Origin: Candidatus Poribacteria bacterium
Lineage (GTDB): Bacteria > Poribacteria > WGA-4E > PCPOR2b
NCBI GenBank assembly: GCA_965198175.1
Contig: OZ240245.1
Location: 832,001 to 896,000, forward strand
Direction of reading: 5' to 3'
DNA length: 64,000 nucleotides
Below the pieces are notes generated by a model. The model ran no database searches and had not been told where the DNA came from. It was given only the letters and a program-made list of their open reading frames with translations. Made by a program: the position numbers and the translations under genes. Positions 10,203-19,879 of this stretch are shown in pieces. Every line of letters starts with the position of its first letter. Position 1 is the first letter of the stretch.

Positions 10203-12122
10203 TCAGCGCGACGACGGCATTCCGACCGTTGGCTCTACAGCCCATAGGAGAATTGTTCCGTCCGAACTTCCGCTTGCTAGCATCTTTCCATTTGGCGAAA
10301 ACGCTACGGAATTGACCACATCCGTATGTCCCACAAGGGTAGCCTTGTGTTTGCCCGTCACGGCGTCCCACAATCGAATCGCAAAGTCGTTAATTCCCGC
10401 CCCAAACAACCAACTCCCACTTGCGAGCGTAGCGCTATTTGGAGAATACGCCAAGGAACTAATAAAACCCGTATGCCCCACAAGGGTCTGTTTTTGTTGC
10501 CCGGTCACGGCGTCCCACAACCGAATCGTCTTGGCCATGTTCCCACTCGCCAGCGTCCGACCATCTGGAGAATATGCAACGCACGTGACCTTTTCCGTAT
10601 GGCTGGAAAACTCTCCGACGATCGCCTTAGGGCGTCCCGTCACGGCGTCCCACAGCCGAATAGTTCTGTCATCGCCCCCGCTCGCCAGCGTGCTTCCATC
10701 CGGAGAATATACTACAGACGTGACCCGGCTTGTATGCCCCACGAGGGACCACTTGAGTTGTCCTGTCACGGCATTCCACAGCCGAATCGAATGGTCCTTA
10801 CTTCCACTCGCCAGCGTGTTTCCGTCCGAGGAGAACGCGACAGATTCGACTGAGTCTTTATGCCCCTCAAGCGTAGCCCTGTGTTGACCCGTCACAGCGT
10901 CCCACAGCCGAATGGTTCCGTCATCGCTCCCACTCGCCAGCGTGCTTCCATCTGGAGAATACACTACAGAACCAATCCAATACGTATGTCCCTTAAGAAT
11001 CTGCTCGAGTCGTCCTGTATCGGCGTCCCACAGCCGAATCGTCTTGTCTCTGCCCCCACTCGCCAGCGTCTTGCCATCCAGAGAATACGCCACCGAATTG
11101 ACCGTACCCATATGCCTAGCAAGAATCTGCTTGTGTCGTCCTATGGTGACGTCCCACAACCGAATCGTATTGTCAATACTTCCGCTTACCAGTGTCTTGC
11201 CATCTGGGGAAAACACCACAGAATTGACTACATCTGTGTGTCCCTCAAGGGTGCACATGTGTTGTCCGGTGGTGGCATCCCACAGCCGAATGGTACTGTG
11301 ATGCCCTCCACTCGCGAGCGCGCTTCCATCCGGAGAATACACGATGGAAATGAAAACGCCACTGAGCCCGTCAAGAGAATGTTTGTGTTGTCCCGTCGCA
11401 GCATCTCTGAATGAAATCGACGCGCTATGCTTTTTCCTGCCCCCACTGGCGAGAGTCTGGCCATCTGGCGAGTAAACAAGGGAAAAAATCCTGTCTCCAC
11501 CCTTATGGCTCCCTTTGTGTTTACCCGTTGCGACATCCCACAACCGAATCGTACCGGCCAAATCCCCACTTGCCAGCGTTTTACCATCCGGCGAGTAAAC
11601 AACGGAAGAAACCCGTTCGGTATGCCCCCTCAGCGTATGGTTGTGTTTGCCAGTAACGGTGTCCCACAAGCGAACGGTCTTGTCCTGACTCCCACTTGCT
11701 AGCGTCCTTCCATCCACGGAGAACGCTAGAGAATGAACCCCCGCCCTATGCCCTGCGAGGGTCCTCTTATACCATCCGGTCGTTGTATCCCACAACCGAA
11801 TCGTATTGTCGTAACTCCCGCTTGCGAGCGTGTCTCCACTTGGCGAATACGCCACGGAATTAACATAATCAGTGTGTCCGGTGAGCAGTGCGATTTCCGC
11901 ACCACTGTGCGCATCATAGAGCCAAACCCCGATGCTGCTCGCCACCGCAAGCTGAGCGCCATCGGGCGAATACGCGATGTCATTTATTGTACCTTTTCCG
12001 AGACGTGCTATGGCGCCTTGAGGCAAACCCTGCCGCGTGTAGTCTTGAGCGAGGCTATTCTGCAGAAACAGCATAGGGATGACCAGTAGACTGAACTTGA
12101 AAAACAGTGTCTTTTTCATCAT
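10203..12122 (-). CDS. Secreted WD40-repeat protein without FlgD tail
   Basis: Signal peptide, QGLPQGAIARLGKG N-cap, about 13-14 GH..V.SV.YSPDG..LASG..D.TIRLWD repeats. Confidence 0.92.
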   Translation of the reverse strand: MMKKTLFFKFSLLVIPMLFLQNSLAQDYTRQGLPQGAIARLGKGTINDIAYSPDGAQLAVASSIGVWLYDAHSGAEIALLTGHTDYVNSVAYSPSGDTLASGSYDNTIRLWDTTTGWYKRTLAGHRAGVHSLAFSVDGRTLASGSQDKTVRLWDTVTGKHNHTLRGHTERVSSVVYSPDGKTLASGDLAGTIRLWDVATGKHKGSHKGGDRIFSLVYSPDGQTLASGGRKKHSASISFRDAATGQHKHSLDGLSGVFISIVYSPDGSALASGGHHSTIRLWDATTGQHMCTLEGHTDVVNSVVFSPDGKTLVSGSIDNTIRLWDVTIGRHKQILARHMGTVNSVAYSLDGKTLASGGRDKTIRLWDADTGRLEQILKGHTYWIGSVVYSPDGSTLASGSDDGTIRLWDAVTGQHRATLEGHKDSVESVAFSSDGNTLASGSKDHSIRLWNAVTGQLKWSLVGHTSRVTSVVYSPDGSTLASGGDDRTIRLWDAVTGRPKAIVGEFSSHTEKVTCVAYSPDGRTLASGNMAKTIRLWDAVTGQQKQTLVGHTGFISSLAYSPNSATLASGSWLFGAGINDFAIRLWDAVTGKHKATLVGHTDVVNSVAFSPNGKMLASGSSDGTILLWAVEPTVGMPSSR

Positions 12123-12251
12123 TTATATTCTTCCTTATACCTTAGCGGGCGTTTGCCAAATTTTGCATTGAAAAATCGCATTTACGTGTTGGAGGGACAT
12201 CGCTGGCTCGATAATCGGGGCTAGGAAGCCCCTCCTACGGTATTGTTGGTA

Positions 12252-13322
12252 TTAATCTGACTTCGGGCTGAGTTCTGCGACGCCCAACTTGTCAGCAATC
12301 TCTTGAATCTGGCTCCATGTTGTCTCATCAACGGCGATGCCGTGTACGGTGCGGTGTTTCTTCTGTCGCGCCTCCGGTTCTCCCGGCACGAGAACTTCAC
12401 TGAACCCGGGCGCCGGTGGCGACGACTTGACGTGCTCAATCAGTTGCGTTACACGTGGATAGAATTCCTCTAATGGAGTGAACTGCCCAATATCAATAGC
12501 AATCATAAAGACGCCGTCGCTATCGGGCTCTTGCGGCGCGCCCGGACGGCAACATCCTATTCCAGAAATTCCCCCCGCCATGATATCAACGATGAGACCG
12601 AGCCCGAAGCCTTTGTATCCTAGAGCTCCGCCCAATGGAAGTAACGCGCCTGCCGGGGGTCCATAGAAGTCGGCTGCATTCGTCGCCGGCTGTCCCTGGT
12701 GGTCAATAATAAAACCCTCTGGAACTTCCGCCCCTCTGTTGTGCAGGGCGCGAATTTTTCCCTCCGGAGCGGTGCTGGTAGCAATATCCACCACAATGGG
12801 ATCGCCTTCGCCCGTTGGCACACCGATTGAGATTGGGTTGGTTCCAATACGCTTGGCAATGCCGCCGAATGGGGCAACCCACTGCCCGCATCCGCCCGCA
12901 TTCACCATCATCATCCCGATTAGCCCTTCATCCGCCGCCATCGCCGTATAACTGCCGAGGCGCCCTGTGTGGAAGCAGTTATATACGCTGACCGCGCTGA
13001 TAGCGGTCTCGCGCGCTTTTTGGATCGCCAATTCCATCGCCTGATGCGCAATCACCTGCCCGAACCCAAAGTTGCCGTTAATTAGCAATCCAGATGTCGT
13101 GTCTCGCACGATTTCCAGCTTGGCGCCCGGCACGATTTTGCGTTCCACTTGGATTGCGTTCACATATTGGGGGATACGAAGCACACCGTGGGAATCTAGT
13201 CCAGCTAGACTTGCGTCGATTAGATGATCGCTGACGATCTCCGCTTCCGTATGGGGTACCCCAACGCGCTCAAATATATCTATTGAAAACTCTCTAAGTT
13301 TATCTGCTACAAATGTTGGCAT
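12252..13322 (-). CDS. Ldh_2 family (type 2 malate/L-lactate dehydrogenase-like) oxidoreductase
   Basis: GLDSHGVLR, HTGRLG, GTNPIS, DIATS, GYKGFGL, VLVPGEPE. Confidence 0.9.
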   Translation of the reverse strand: MPTFVADKLREFSIDIFERVGVPHTEAEIVSDHLIDASLAGLDSHGVLRIPQYVNAIQVERKIVPGAKLEIVRDTTSGLLINGNFGFGQVIAHQAMELAIQKARETAISAVSVYNCFHTGRLGSYTAMAADEGLIGMMMVNAGGCGQWVAPFGGIAKRIGTNPISIGVPTGEGDPIVVDIATSTAPEGKIRALHNRGAEVPEGFIIDHQGQPATNAADFYGPPAGALLPLGGALGYKGFGLGLIVDIMAGGISGIGCCRPGAPQEPDSDGVFMIAIDIGQFTPLEEFYPRVTQLIEHVKSSPPAPGFSEVLVPGEPEARQKKHRTVHGIAVDETTWSQIQEIADKLGVAELSPKSD

Positions 13323-13489
13323 ATTTTCCTCTGTTGAAAATCAAAGTGTATCCATTCCATTCATATTTACACATGTTTCGGTAAGTGCGGTTTCCAACCG
13401 CACCTGCGGACTGGATAAATGCCGGTTCGGTTAGGAAACCGAACCTACCGTGGTGTAAGAATAATTCTTGGTTTTACTATAACGGTTTG

Positions 13490-14842
13490 TTACCCTGAAT
13501 CAAAAATATTCCTGCGGGTGCTTTCGACATCGAAACAGGAGAACTGATTGTTCCGCATGATGCGTGTCGCAATCGCCATCGCGTTCTTTTCGGTCATGTA
13601 CCCCTCGGCGATTTCTGCTTCGAGCGCGCGTTGAATTTCGCGGCGTGCTTGAATCGCGTAACCCACCGTGCCAGTGGGCCAACCCGTATCCCCGCCGAAC
13701 GCGAAGAGCTTATTTGACGGAACCGCATGGAGAAAGCGTCGCAAGAAGTCGCGTGAGCTATACGGGTCAATGCTCCACGCCCAGCAGAGATCTACCCAGA
13801 TGTTGCGGTAGTGTTTCGCAAGTGCTACCAGTTCATCGCTGTAGGGATAGGCGATGTGCATCAAGACGAATTTAGCCTCCGGATAACGGGCGAGTAGGGA
13901 GCACATATTTCCGGCGGGAATCCGGCTCAAAGGCAGTCGGTCATTGCCGGCGTAGTAGCCGGTATGGATTTTGAACGGCAGATTATGCACAATCGACAAT
14001 TCGACGCCGCGCGCCCAACACCAATCGCCGAGGCACAGACGTGTCTCGACGCCCACCGCTTCAGCGGGTTTACTTAACACGGTTTCGAGGGCAGCGGCGG
14101 CTTCCGCGTCGCTCCGCTCGTTCCAGTTAAGGGTTCGGCTGTAGGCGTGCTGGGACTTGACGGCGATTGCGCACGGCGCCCACTTCTCGAAAATTGCCTC
14201 CATTCCTAGTCTCAACGACATCAAGCTTTTTACCTCTACACCGGTTTCGGCGTAGATTTGATTGGAATTAACCTGTCCCTCGCAGAACCCTACCCACGAC
14301 AAATCGTACAGGAAGAAGTCCGGTCCAGAGTGATCCGGCAGGCAAGCCCAGCAAAAGTCGTCGATTTGGACATGATCGAGGTTGGCTGTGTCGTACAGCA
14401 ACCGATAACGCTCACCCGGACGCCGCAACTCCTGAAGTTTTTCTTGTGCGGCTGCTAGACTCTCGCCTGTGATTTCTTCAATTCCATATACCGCCTTTGC
14501 AATCAATCGCACACCCTCGCCGTATCCGGTGAACTGCGACGCTTCCCACGCCTCTCGGATATCCTCGAAACGCATTTGGATGTCGGCGCCGGTAGGATTC
14601 ATCAGTTCTGGTGTGCCGCCGGTTGAAGGGTTTGCATAGGAATAAGGTTCGTTAATGCGCATTAGGCGTTGCATCGCTTCTGTCGATGCGCCAGCCGTAT
14701 GAAGATCTGCGGCAACATAGTTCCCAAAAAGGTCTTGAAGGATATCAGGTCCATTCTCTACCCACTCGTTTTCCTTCTGCAGGTGTTCATGGGTGTCCAC
14801 CAGAGAAATGCCTTGAATGTGATGTGCAAGATCAGTTGCCAT
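13490..14842 (-). CDS. Amidohydrolase superfamily protein
   Basis: VDTHEH metal motif, KIHTG, FVLMH, FGGD. Confidence 0.8.
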   Translation of the reverse strand: MATDLAHHIQGISLVDTHEHLQKENEWVENGPDILQDLFGNYVAADLHTAGASTEAMQRLMRINEPYSYANPSTGGTPELMNPTGADIQMRFEDIREAWEASQFTGYGEGVRLIAKAVYGIEEITGESLAAAQEKLQELRRPGERYRLLYDTANLDHVQIDDFCWACLPDHSGPDFFLYDLSWVGFCEGQVNSNQIYAETGVEVKSLMSLRLGMEAIFEKWAPCAIAVKSQHAYSRTLNWNERSDAEAAAALETVLSKPAEAVGVETRLCLGDWCWARGVELSIVHNLPFKIHTGYYAGNDRLPLSRIPAGNMCSLLARYPEAKFVLMHIAYPYSDELVALAKHYRNIWVDLCWAWSIDPYSSRDFLRRFLHAVPSNKLFAFGGDTGWPTGTVGYAIQARREIQRALEAEIAEGYMTEKNAMAIATRIMRNNQFSCFDVESTRRNIFDSG

Positions 14843-14863
14843 AGTGTTATCCTTTCAGCTTCT

Positions 14864-15985
14864 TTACGCGCGCGGCACAATTTCCATCGGATACTCGGAC
14901 AAATTCTCAGCCCCCGCTTCGGTGATGAGGTACATATTTTCGATACGCACGCCGTAGTTCAATGCGTCCGCGTATCCTCCGGGCTCCACGGAAACAACAT
15001 TGCCAACCTCAAGAGTCCCGCCTCGGTCGCGGTTGAGATCAGGCATTTCATGTGCGCGCAACCCGATGGCGTGACCGCCATGATGAACTAAGCCGGTATC
15101 TGCCAGCGCCGGGTGTTCGCGGATTCGCGCGTCAAGTGCGCGCCACACCGCTGTGCCGTCGGTTCCCGGCTTTAAGAGTGCGGGTACTTCTCGCTGAACT
15201 GACGCAATGTGATCGAACACGGACTGCTGGAGGTCTGTCGGCGAACCTCCGACGACGAAGGCGCGAGAGAGGTCCGACCAGTACCCTCGATAACAGGTCC
15301 ATGCATCAACGATGTAGATTTCGCCTTGCACGATGTTTCGGTTTCGGGCGGGACCGTTAAATACCCCGCACTGATAGTCCCCGTCATGAAAGACCTTCTC
15401 ACCCGCTCCCATCATTGCGCCGCGTTGTCCGGCCGCCAGAACGGCGAGTTCGTTTTCGCCCGGTGTAATCGCCTTCTGCACCGCGGTATACGCTGCCAAA
15501 TCCGCTTGAATGCTCTTGCGAATGAGCGCTACCTCATCGGGATCTTTTAGCGATTGCATCGTCCTGAGCAGGTTGTCAACGGCTACCCATTCATCAGGCT
15601 GCAATCCGCTGTCAACGGTTTGCCTGAGCAGATGCGGCATCGCCTCCGCTTGCCAACCCAGCCGTTTGATTGCCCCCGTACCCTGAATTCGTTTTGCCAC
15701 AACTCCACTCATGCCGTCCAAAATGTTGGGATTCAACGTGCCCAGTTTGTTCCATTCGTAGGTGGTACAATCGTCCACACACGACACCCCGTCATCCGTG
15801 TTCGCCACCAGCCAACAACCGCCGCCGGTTTCTAAGAGCAAGAATATGGGAAACTGAGCGGAGAGCATCCCCGTGAAATAATAGACGTCGCGGTAATCTG
15901 TCAGCACGGCTGCGTCAATGTTTTGCGCCGCGAGCTGCTCTCGGAATCTGTGTTGTCTATTGAGACAACCCGATTGTGTCAACAT
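14864..15985 (-). CDS. M24 family (Xaa-Pro) metallopeptidase
   Basis: Creatinase-N-like N-terminus; VDAW, GYWSDLSR, HHGGHAIGLRAHE, SVEPG, GVRIEN. Confidence 0.88.
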   Translation of the reverse strand: MLTQSGCLNRQHRFREQLAAQNIDAAVLTDYRDVYYFTGMLSAQFPIFLLLETGGGCWLVANTDDGVSCVDDCTTYEWNKLGTLNPNILDGMSGVVAKRIQGTGAIKRLGWQAEAMPHLLRQTVDSGLQPDEWVAVDNLLRTMQSLKDPDEVALIRKSIQADLAAYTAVQKAITPGENELAVLAAGQRGAMMGAGEKVFHDGDYQCGVFNGPARNRNIVQGEIYIVDAWTCYRGYWSDLSRAFVVGGSPTDLQQSVFDHIASVQREVPALLKPGTDGTAVWRALDARIREHPALADTGLVHHGGHAIGLRAHEMPDLNRDRGGTLEVGNVVSVEPGGYADALNYGVRIENMYLITEAGAENLSEYPMEIVPRA

Positions 15986-16033
15986 TAATACTACCTCCTG
16001 TGAATCAACTAGAAATTCGGTATCTTGAATGCT

Positions 16034-16927
16034 TCAATCTGCAAATCTGAAAAACCGCTTTGCAGTTCCACCCATGATGTCATTGTTCTCATCGTCGGAT
16101 AGATTGGGCAACAACTCGTTAATGATGTTTGTGAGCTGACCGTACCCCGGATCTTCCTGAATCCATGGAAAGTCGCTCGCCCACATGAGACGTTTCGAAC
16201 CGTAGATGTCCACCAGGCGCTCGTGCCATCCTGTTAGGTCGTGATAGGGATACGCTTCCACGCTGAAGGCGTACTGGCCCGATAACTGGAGGGTCACGTT
16301 TTCATATCGGGAGAGTCGGTAGGTCGTATGAAATGCGGGATTGTACATCGGCGTTTCAACTTGCGGGCGTCCTTTTTCATCTATGAAGAATTTTCCTTTG
16401 CCGGGACAAACCCCAAGATGGTTTAAGACGACCCTAACTTGGGGAAACGCTTCCAGTAAATAGGGGATTAGATGCGCGTCAACCGCTTGGGCGTAAAGCG
16501 AGATTAGGTAGTCCTGCGCTGCCGCATGTTCCCAGATACGATAGGTTCTAAATTTCCGAACATCTATTGGGGCAAAGGGGTCCTTAGGTCCTCCAATCGA
16601 GAAAAGTCGAAAGCCGATAATCCCTGTCTCCTGCCCCAATTTGTTCATATGCGGAGCCGGGTCAGAGGTGTCCGAGGGTATCATGCCGATGCCAAGAAAA
16701 CGGTCGGGGAAGGTCTTTAAGCAGTGAAGCAGGTAAGCGTGGTGTTCGATGTCCGCGCCGCCCAACTGTACAAGTACCGCACGGTCAATACTGTGGGCGT
16801 CCATCTCGGCGAGCAGGTTTTCGACTGGCGCTTCCAACTCCGCCGGAGCCAGCGCATCGGTTTCTCGCGGAAACTCGGCGGATGGTTTGGCAAAAACGTG
16901 AACGTGAGCGTCAATTCGAGGCATCAC
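16034..16927 (-). CDS. Amidohydrolase_2 family protein (lactonase-like)
   Basis: IDAHVH, VVLNHLG, RLMWASDFP. Confidence 0.88.
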   Translation of the reverse strand: MMPRIDAHVHVFAKPSAEFPRETDALAPAELEAPVENLLAEMDAHSIDRAVLVQLGGADIEHHAYLLHCLKTFPDRFLGIGMIPSDTSDPAPHMNKLGQETGIIGFRLFSIGGPKDPFAPIDVRKFRTYRIWEHAAAQDYLISLYAQAVDAHLIPYLLEAFPQVRVVLNHLGVCPGKGKFFIDEKGRPQVETPMYNPAFHTTYRLSRYENVTLQLSGQYAFSVEAYPYHDLTGWHERLVDIYGSKRLMWASDFPWIQEDPGYGQLTNIINELLPNLSDDENNDIMGGTAKRFFRFAD

Positions 16928-17640
16928 TCCTCCAGGCTGAAAAGTCTTCGACGCTCCGCCGTAGTACAGTAGTGAGCGATGGAGGCGTGGGCTTCCGGTG
17001 GTACACGGTTCGGGGTGTATTTCTCATAAATCAGAATGACGGATTTTCTGGGTGTGCCTGTAGGGTTATCCATAGCGGCATGCCATCCGTAGGAGTTAAA
17101 CATGATGGCGGTACCTGCTTTGCCGGGAAAGGTTTTGTGGCCGGGCATGCATTCCAACCGGGGCACTCTGGAATAAGGACCTGCGTCCGGTTTGTGGCTG
17201 CCCGGCACGAAAGCAAATTCGCCGCATTTGGGTTGCACGTCGTTCACATAGACCTGAACTTTGATATGCAGTGGATTGCTGTGGGGTACGTCGGGGTGCC
17301 AACCGGAGTAACTAACTGGCGATGGTGGGACGGTTCGGGCTTGCGGTCCCAGCAAGATTACATCCCCATCCGTGAACTCCTTGAGATAGGGGTAGTAGCT
17401 GGGATGGTCAACCAAGTCCACGAAGATTTCGTCCTTTTCAAAAACACTTGGAATGTCATAAAACGTATTCACCGCTTCGCCGGCTTCGGCACGCTCTAGC
17501 CAATCGGATTTGCACCGTTCCGCCCAGAAGTCAAAGGCACGCTGAAGTCGTGCCAGCTCTTCAGCCTGAATTGCATTGTCAAATAAGAGATAGCCTTCCT
17601 CTTCCCATTGCGCCCGTTGCAATTCAGTACACTTAGCCAT
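16924..17640 (-). CDS. Phytanoyl-CoA dioxygenase (PhyH) family Fe(II)/2-oxoglutarate dioxygenase
   Basis: WEEEGYL, WHPD (HxD), VPGSH, WHAA, RKS. Confidence 0.9.
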   Translation of the reverse strand: MAKCTELQRAQWEEEGYLLFDNAIQAEELARLQRAFDFWAERCKSDWLERAEAGEAVNTFYDIPSVFEKDEIFVDLVDHPSYYPYLKEFTDGDVILLGPQARTVPPSPVSYSGWHPDVPHSNPLHIKVQVYVNDVQPKCGEFAFVPGSHKPDAGPYSRVPRLECMPGHKTFPGKAGTAIMFNSYGWHAAMDNPTGTPRKSVILIYEKYTPNRVPPEAHASIAHYCTTAERRRLFSLEE

Positions 17641-17739
17641 AATGGATTCTCGGTTTTAGGATGGGGACTATACCAGTGGTTATGCTTTGTAATAGCCAAC
17701 CCCAGATGAGAATAGGCGCATTCAGCAAAAAATTGCTTG

Positions 17740-18705
17740 CTACCAACCCCGCGCCTGTTCGATAATCTTCACATTGTCAAGCCCATTTTCTGCAGTGACG
17801 ATGAGTTCCTCTTCCCCTCTGACCGCCCGGCTGAAAGCTTCAGCCTGATTCTGGTAGAGCGGTGCCATTGGGGCTTCGGAAACATCCGCATCCGCGCCAG
17901 CTCGGCTCTGGGTGACAGTTCCTCCACCACCGAATAGGGTCCCATCCAAGATGCAGTACCCCTCGCTGCCGTAGAGTTCAAGCCTGGGCGCGGGCGCCCC
18001 CACTGCCGTAGAGGCATCTGCAACGCCGACTGCACCATTCTGAAACCGTATCGTGACAACGGCGTGGTCATCCGTTTCCAAACCGAAACGCAGGTTGGAC
18101 AGTTCCCCATGCACCGCAGACGCATCCCCTAAAAACCAGCGGAGGAGATCGATGCCGTGCGTACCGACATCATTTATCGCCCAACCGCCGCTTGTCTCCT
18201 TTTTCGCCCGCCAAGTCGTGGGCGCCTCCCCGTATGGGAAGTAAATTTGTGCTCGCGCGTAGATTGGGGCTCCGAATTGTCCCTCGCTCCACCCCTGTTG
18301 CAATTCTTGGTGAAGTGGATGATGCCGCATATGATAACCGACGCTAAGCAGTTTGCCTGTCCGTTCGGCTGCGAGTATCATAGATTCGCACTCGGCGGCG
18401 GTGACAGCCATCGTCTTCTCACACAGGACATGTTTGCCATGCTCTAGCGCCGCAATTGTCTGCTTAGCGTGGAGGTTTTGCGGAGTGGCGATCCAGATCG
18501 CTTCCACCTCATCGTCTGCGAGGAACGTCTCAAGATTGCTGTAGCCCTTTTCCACGCTGTGTTTCTGACAAAATGCGTCTGCGTTTACCTGATTACTGCT
18601 CAACACGGCGTGGAGCCGAGCATTACTTGCACCCTGAATCGCTGGGCCAAACATTGAGTCTGCCCACGCCGTTGAACCCATAATTCCCCAAGCAACGTGT
18701 TCCAT
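17740..18705 (-). CDS. Gfo/Idh/MocA family oxidoreductase
   Basis: WGIMG, IATPQNLH, GKHVLCEK, GGWAINDVGTHGID. Start MEHVAW after GGGAG. Confidence 0.9.
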   Translation of the reverse strand: MEHVAWGIMGSTAWADSMFGPAIQGASNARLHAVLSSNQVNADAFCQKHSVEKGYSNLETFLADDEVEAIWIATPQNLHAKQTIAALEHGKHVLCEKTMAVTAAECESMILAAERTGKLLSVGYHMRHHPLHQELQQGWSEGQFGAPIYARAQIYFPYGEAPTTWRAKKETSGGWAINDVGTHGIDLLRWFLGDASAVHGELSNLRFGLETDDHAVVTIRFQNGAVGVADASTAVGAPAPRLELYGSEGYCILDGTLFGGGGTVTQSRAGADADVSEAPMAPLYQNQAEAFSRAVRGEEELIVTAENGLDNVKIIEQARGW

Positions 18706-18845
18706 ACTGATTCTCCCTTGATTAGCGGGTTGTGTACTATTGCATCTAAAAGGGATAAACAAAAGGAGGCAAGGGAGGGCGATAGTTTTTAATGAAGACT
18801 ATCGCCCTCGTTATTCACTCGGTTGATCCCTCGCTATTCACTCGG

Positions 18846-19850
18846 TTAATTTCCTCCGCTTTCGTCCACAGATTCTGTGCTGCTTTCAGCGTCAAATTCT
18901 GCGACGGGCGCCTCTTCCTTCAGATCTGCCGATTTCTTGAGCAGCGAATTGAGGTTTGAACTATACAGCATAAAGATCTGTTCTTTATCCTCGCGTTTTA
19001 CCGGGTTTCTGTCGTTGCCTTCCTCTTGTTTGCCAATGAGCAGGCTCCGTGTTGAAGCGTCGTTCAACTTCGCTGCAACTGTGGCACGTGGGTCATCAAG
19101 TTCATATTCCGCGGGGTCGTCCTCTTCTTCGAAATCGTCTGTTTCCAGTGTGCTGAACTTGTCCAAGAGGTTATCGACTTCTGTCTGGTTAACGGCAGAG
19201 GCAACTGGCTCTAGCATCTGCCATTTGCCTTCGGCGTCAAGCTGAAGCTCAATATCCTCTTCTTCTGATATGATGGTCAGGTGGGTAACGTCTCCCTTAT
19301 TGAAATTGAATATTTTCCGATCCTTCCACGTCCGGTACCCTCTGTCGAAAGTCGCTTTGAGATAACCTTCGTCGGTGTAGACGTTATTGGAATCTGCGGC
19401 ACGAATATAGCTGCTGAAGACACCGGGGGTTGTCTTTCCCACGAAAAGGTGAGCGAGTATATTGTCGTTTGCATCCGAGAACTTAGCTTCCGCACCAGAG
19501 CTATCCACTTGAAAGACCGACTGTTTTTCGGGATTCGCGGAGACCAGATCGACGGCTTTGAATCCGGCAACTTTGTCGAACATCTCATCAACGGCTTCCT
19601 GATCCGCAGGATAATTGTCCATTGATGCCACCAACCACTGATTACCTTCTTTGACGAGGGTCGTTGTTTCCCCTAATGCGGTGATTTCGATTCGAGTTAC
19701 GTTTTCGCGCTTGAAGTCGGGGACCAGTGGTAACGCCGCCTCAACTTTCTTCTCGCGTTCGCTCTTACCGAACGGATTCTCAAGCATCAAGACGAGTAAC
19801 CCTAACACCACCAAAACGCCAATTAAAACCAGGAGTTGCTTCGTTTTCAT
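18846..19850 (-). CDS. DUF4340 domain protein
   Basis: N-terminal TM, two repeated units (YPADQEAVD; WKDRKIF; YELDDP), last gene of a GldAFG-like operon. Confidence 0.8.
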   Translation of the reverse strand: MKTKQLLVLIGVLVVLGLLVLMLENPFGKSEREKKVEAALPLVPDFKRENVTRIEITALGETTTLVKEGNQWLVASMDNYPADQEAVDEMFDKVAGFKAVDLVSANPEKQSVFQVDSSGAEAKFSDANDNILAHLFVGKTTPGVFSSYIRAADSNNVYTDEGYLKATFDRGYRTWKDRKIFNFNKGDVTHLTIISEEEDIELQLDAEGKWQMLEPVASAVNQTEVDNLLDKFSTLETDDFEEEDDPAEYELDDPRATVAAKLNDASTRSLLIGKQEEGNDRNPVKREDKEQIFMLYSSNLNSLLKKSADLKEEAPVAEFDAESSTESVDESGGN

Positions 19851-19879
19851 GATCAAATCTGGGTTGGAATTAACCACAA

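Noticed and set aside
12140..12160. Sigma-54 promoter upstream of the WD40 gene at 12122
   Set aside because: TTGGCAAACGCCCGC has GG-N9-GC spacing, not N10.
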